A stretch of DNA of 42,332 nucleotides, from positions 7,575,425 through 7,617,756 of the forward strand of contig CP154954.1 in the NCBI GenBank assembly GCA_039621445.1. Direction: 5' to 3'. Below are positions 24,121 through 42,332 of the stretch, piece by piece. The notes below the pieces were generated by a model that had not been told where the DNA came from, made no database searches, and was given only the letters and a program-made list of their open reading frames with translations. Positions within the stretch are counted from its first letter, which is position 1, and the number at the start of each line of letters is the position of its first letter. Source of the DNA: Euglena gracilis. Taxonomy: Eukaryota. Made by a program: the position numbers and the translations under genes.

Positions 24121-24987
24121 TTGGGGTTCGCTGTCTAAGCCATTTTCCCTGACGGCGGGGGTCGAGGGGACCCATTTTTAGGGGTCAATTTTGGGGTCCA
24201 AAAAATTCGTCCAGAAATGGAGCAAAACCCCCCTTTGGGTGGGAGGGGCACCCAGTTGGCCGACCTCCCCCACCCCCTGGGGCGGGTGGGAGGGAGGGAA
24301 GGGCTGGGCCCGGACCCACCAGCCCTCATGATTCTGCATTTGAACCAAATTCCGCAGCAGGAAGTCATTGGGCGGAATTACACAGAACCCGTCGCACGCT
24401 GAACTCAAAGCAGCACGGATGCCACGTCCCGAGCTGGAAAAACTGTTTTTGAGCCGAAATGGGAGTTTTTTGACCCCCGGCCTCCCGTTTTCGGCCATGC
24501 CATGCCAAAATGTCCAAAAAATATTTTTGGACATTTTCTGGGTCAAAAATGTCCGAAAAAAAATTGAAAAAAGCCCAAACCCATGTTTTTAGACCCCCCC
24601 GACTGAAATGCCTAATGGCGAGTTTCGACTTCCTTCTGAACTTCTGGGTTAGAATGGCTGTCTACCGTGTGCGTCTTCGCTGAGTTCCTTTCTGGTGGTT
24701 AATGCAGAAAAGACCAAATGCGCTCAGAAAGTCAGTGTCCCAGGGTAAGGGCGAAGCAATGCACATGGTCTGAACATTTTGATTTCTTTGGCCATTTTCT
24801 CCCGGGTCCTGGGTCCTGAGGGGCCGGGAGGAGAGATTCATCGACACAAATATCAATATTGAACCATCTTGCTATGAATACGAATCGCATCAACCTTCGA
24901 AAAGAACAACGGGAAAATCATCCTTCATTTCACAGGGTCGCCATGGGAATTCCGAGTTGATGAAAGGTATTGGGAGTTGGGCGAAAC

Positions 24988-25010
24988 TGTCTCCAATACG
25001 CTCTGCCCAG
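24988..25010 (+). promoter_or_regulatory. Candidate spliced-leader trans-splice acceptor of the plus-strand gene
   Basis: TGTCTCCAATACGCTCTGCCCAG, 2 nt before ATG 25013. Confidence 0.35.
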
Positions 25011-25012
25011 CG

Positions 25013-27241
25013 ATGGTCGGCGCAGCGGCGGATGCGGTGAGTCTCTCGGGTGGGCGTCACACCCCACGCCACGGCAGGCTGGCGGCCCTGCAGTGGACGG
25101 GGGAAAAAAAACGATGGGCTATCCCAGACTTCTTGTTCTTGGAGTGGAGTGCCGGTGGGCCATTGCGTTCAACGGGACGCTCTTTCTCATGTGTGTTGAG
25201 TGGGGCCTTGTGATCACGGGTGTTTCTTTAACGGTTGGGTATTGGGGGCACGGATGCAGTTGATACCACGTCTCCAGTCGCCCAACCCACTTGGGGATTG
25301 TCTGTGGGTTTGTGGCTGTGGGGGTTTTCGACCTGCGGCCTTCCTCGGTGGAGAGTGGGTTCCGGGGCCATCCACCCAGCCTGCAGCATACGACCGCCAA
25401 AATTCCCGTAATGTGGACCTTGGATTGCTTGAGTCCGAGCGCAAAAGACCGAAATGGGGAAAGAGGGGAAACGGTAGGAAACTGAAAAAGTGCACTCGGT
25501 CGCTCACACTGCTTTTCCACAGGACACAAAAAAGAAGTCCGAAACCGCAGTGGAAAAAAACTTCCACGTTGGGGACCTGTAGCTTCGGCCAGATGGTGGG
25601 AAATGCCACTTTTGGGAACGGCCAAAATTAAAACGTATCACGCAACACCACACAATATCGCACAATATCTTTTGAGCAGGTGTTCAGAGAAGGGGAGGAT
25701 TCTGGTGATTTGGCCCCTCCCAGAGGGGGGTGGGTGGAGACTCCCTGGACAAAATAAGGTCTGGGAGACTCTAAAAAAAAGTTTAAAAAGAGGGTTCCAT
25801 AAAACTGGTTCTGACACAATTGGGGGCAGGAAACCGTGGGCAATCCATTTTTGGGCCCGGGAAATATTTACAGAAAAATTTAGTTAGTTTAATTTAGAGA
25901 AATTTACATTGGGGCACCTGCGCAAACAGATCAGGGAAAATAGGCTCAGAAAAGCACAACCGCCGCTCATCCGGCATCACCCAAAGAGCTTGCACTGATA
26001 TCCAAACAATGCTTGAAAAGCAGAAACGTTTCTTAAAATGTACTTGCCTCTGGAAAAACAAAACCTCCCCAAATAATACCCCCCCAAATAACAACCCCCC
26101 AAGGACCTACTCAGCTGCCCAAATAATAAGCCCCCACCGAAACCTGTGAAGTTGAAGGGGGGGGAAAAAATAAGCAGAAATGTTGCAAAAATAACACACA
26201 AATGGAAGGAACTGGTGAACAAAATATGCCAAAAAAGCACCCATTTTTCAATAAAACCCAAAATGCCCAAAAAGGGTCAATTCTTGACTTCAAACCTTTT
26301 GCTCGAATAATTGCCCCTCCCCCTGGACCCTGACTTCGGACCCTGACTTCGTGTGCTCAAAAACCAGGAGTTTATTATTGGGGGGGGGGTTCACACAATT
26401 TGGAGTTTCAATGGCAGAAGATAGTGGTTGGGATCGAAACAATTGGAACACAATCCAGAATTAATAACCGAGGAATTTGAATGAACCACCATGAGATAAA
26501 AAAAAAACCAGTTCCAAATTGACAGCAATTTGGTGAACATCATTCGAGAAAAAGGGAGAAAGAGAAATTCTGCAAATAGCATTTCTCCCCTTACCCTTGC
26601 GACATTTCCTTTCTGTCCACGCTTCTCCCCTAATGCAACGTTTCTTTCTGCCTGCGGGGAAGACATCTTCATTCTGGCTGACAGAATTACCATCGGCTGC
26701 TAAACATGACATATCACTGGAAGTGGAGAAACACATATCTTCAAAGATGCTTTCTCATTGAACAATATTTGGTAATCAGGTGGCCAGATTGTTACCATTT
26801 CCCAGAATAAATGTGTGCCCACCCCCCATCAACCAGCGATGATGGTGACTTTATTCAACCCAGAATTGCTGAGGCATAGCGAAGCGTTCTTCTTGCCTCT
26901 GAGGCACCAAAAAATTTTGGGGCACAAAAATTTCAGACTTTTTGTGAGCCCCTCCAAAAATAGAAAAAAAACCACCTATGACCAGAGATGACACAGCGTA
27001 CGGAACCAACAAGCACTGCACGTGAGACTCTTTGCACTGTGATGTTGACGGAGGGGACATAAGCTTGCCCAAAGGAGCAGCCTTGCTGCACCAAAACACA
27101 TGCAGGGGAATGAGGTTCAAGACCACGGAGCAGAATTGGGACCAGGCCCTCAAGGAGATGCCACCGCTGTTCAACGTTGCGTTCCTATCAAGCGCAGGAT
27201 TTGTGCAGTTCGGTGCGCGTGTGTCGCCGGGGTTTGGTTGA
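25013..27241 (+). CDS. Spliced gene of unknown function; candidate exons 25013-25036 (MVGAAADA), 26864-26903 and 27106-27241, middle exons unresolved
   Basis: ATG after a pyrimidine-rich tract ending in CAG, with a GTGAGT donor at 25037. The last two exons join in phase to give LLRHSEAFFLPLRGMRFKTTEQNWDQALKEMPPLFNVAFLSSAGFVQFGARVSPGFG*, with GC3-rich codons. Confidence 0.5.
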
Positions 27242-27268
27242 CTTGTTGGGCCGCCGGCCGGCCCGGCC

Positions 27269-41459
<14,191 letters not shown>

Positions 41460-42332
41460 CTGCGCGGGTACAGGGGGAGACAGGCACAGTTTGATGGAAA
41501 GCCCCTCCAGCTGATAATCAAGGGACAGAACAACTCACACCTAAATCCACCCTCCGTGTGGGAAGGCCATGCAAGAACCGAATTTACTTGAGATCGAAGC
41601 TGTTCGAAGTCAGTTTTGGAAAGCCAAATTCTTCCTCCCGTGACAGAAAAATGTGCCTCTGGAAAACATCCATCGCACCAAAGAGGGATAGAGAGAGAGA
41701 GGGAGAGAGAGAGAATATTTTGTTTTCTGTCATAAACTTGCTTTTGCGAGCTCGTCACGGTGAAAAAACCAAAAGTAGATGGCATCTAAAAACCCAGAAG
41801 AAAAATTTTGTTCCCAAAGCGTTTCTTAGCGATTAGCGATTCCCGGGGGGGGGTACCCTGTTCGACCCCCCCCCCTGACCCGAGGTCGAACAGGGTGCCC
41901 CCCCGGGGTACCCAAAAATCAAATGCAAAAATGCCAAAAAACGTCCAATTATGCAAAGAAAAACAATCTTTGAACCAAAATTTTACCTGGCCGACCCAGT
42001 TCTTCCCATTTTTTTGCCCATTTTTGCACCACCAAAAAGCGAAAAAAAACGCGTTAACCCCCCTCCAAATAACGGGGCGGGGTGCCCCGTTACTGGCACC
42101 ATCTTTTTGATCTTCCCCCCGCCCCGTTATTCGGGCACTGCCCACTCAAAGGGCACTGCCCCGTTATTTGGGGGGGGTTACTGTCCGGCCGCCCTTCGGG
42201 CAGCCGGAAAATAACCAAAAATTGCCGATGGGGAGTCCGGGGCAGTGCCATGCTGGCACCTCACTGCAAAAAAAAAATATTCCCACTGATGCACCAACTC
42301 ACCACATTCCACTGCGGCCGGCAGGGGGTGGT

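Noticed and set aside
42297-42332. Possible upstream GCN1 exon ending at a GTGAGT donor near 42302
   Set aside because: It is cut by the window edge and too short to test, and the translation does not clearly fit GCN1.

Overview
Eukaryotic, intron-rich genomic DNA. It is almost certainly from a euglenid, because canonical GT/GC-AG introns are mixed with nonconventional introns whose ends base-pair (CAG-like at +4..+6, CTG-like at -8..-6). The six-frame ORF track is mostly noise, so I assembled exons by hand. Three genes emerge. (1) The 3' part of a GCN1 HEAT-repeat gene on the minus strand, about 21 exons from 41459 to a stop at 27269. (2) A long minus-strand chromatin-reader-like gene from ATG 24085 down to about 900 or beyond the left edge, with PHD-like, ADD-like, Tudor/chromo-barrel-like, chromodomain and second PHD-like exons. 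(3) A short plus-strand gene of unknown function (about 25013-27241) whose stop lies 27 nt from the GCN1 stop. Main observation: the nonconventional introns look like hAT-type DNA transposons/MITEs. The youngest (38547-38826) is a 272-bp element with perfect 16-bp TIRs and a perfect 8-bp target-site duplication. The euglenid +4/-6 pairing geometry removes 3+5=8 nt of flank, which is exactly one TSD copy. Older introns show decayed TSDs, related MITEs with perfect 8-bp TSDs lie free inside other introns, and one 1.2-kb intron appears to keep a decayed transposase-like frame. Exon boundaries come from manual reading and frame continuity, not from transcript data.
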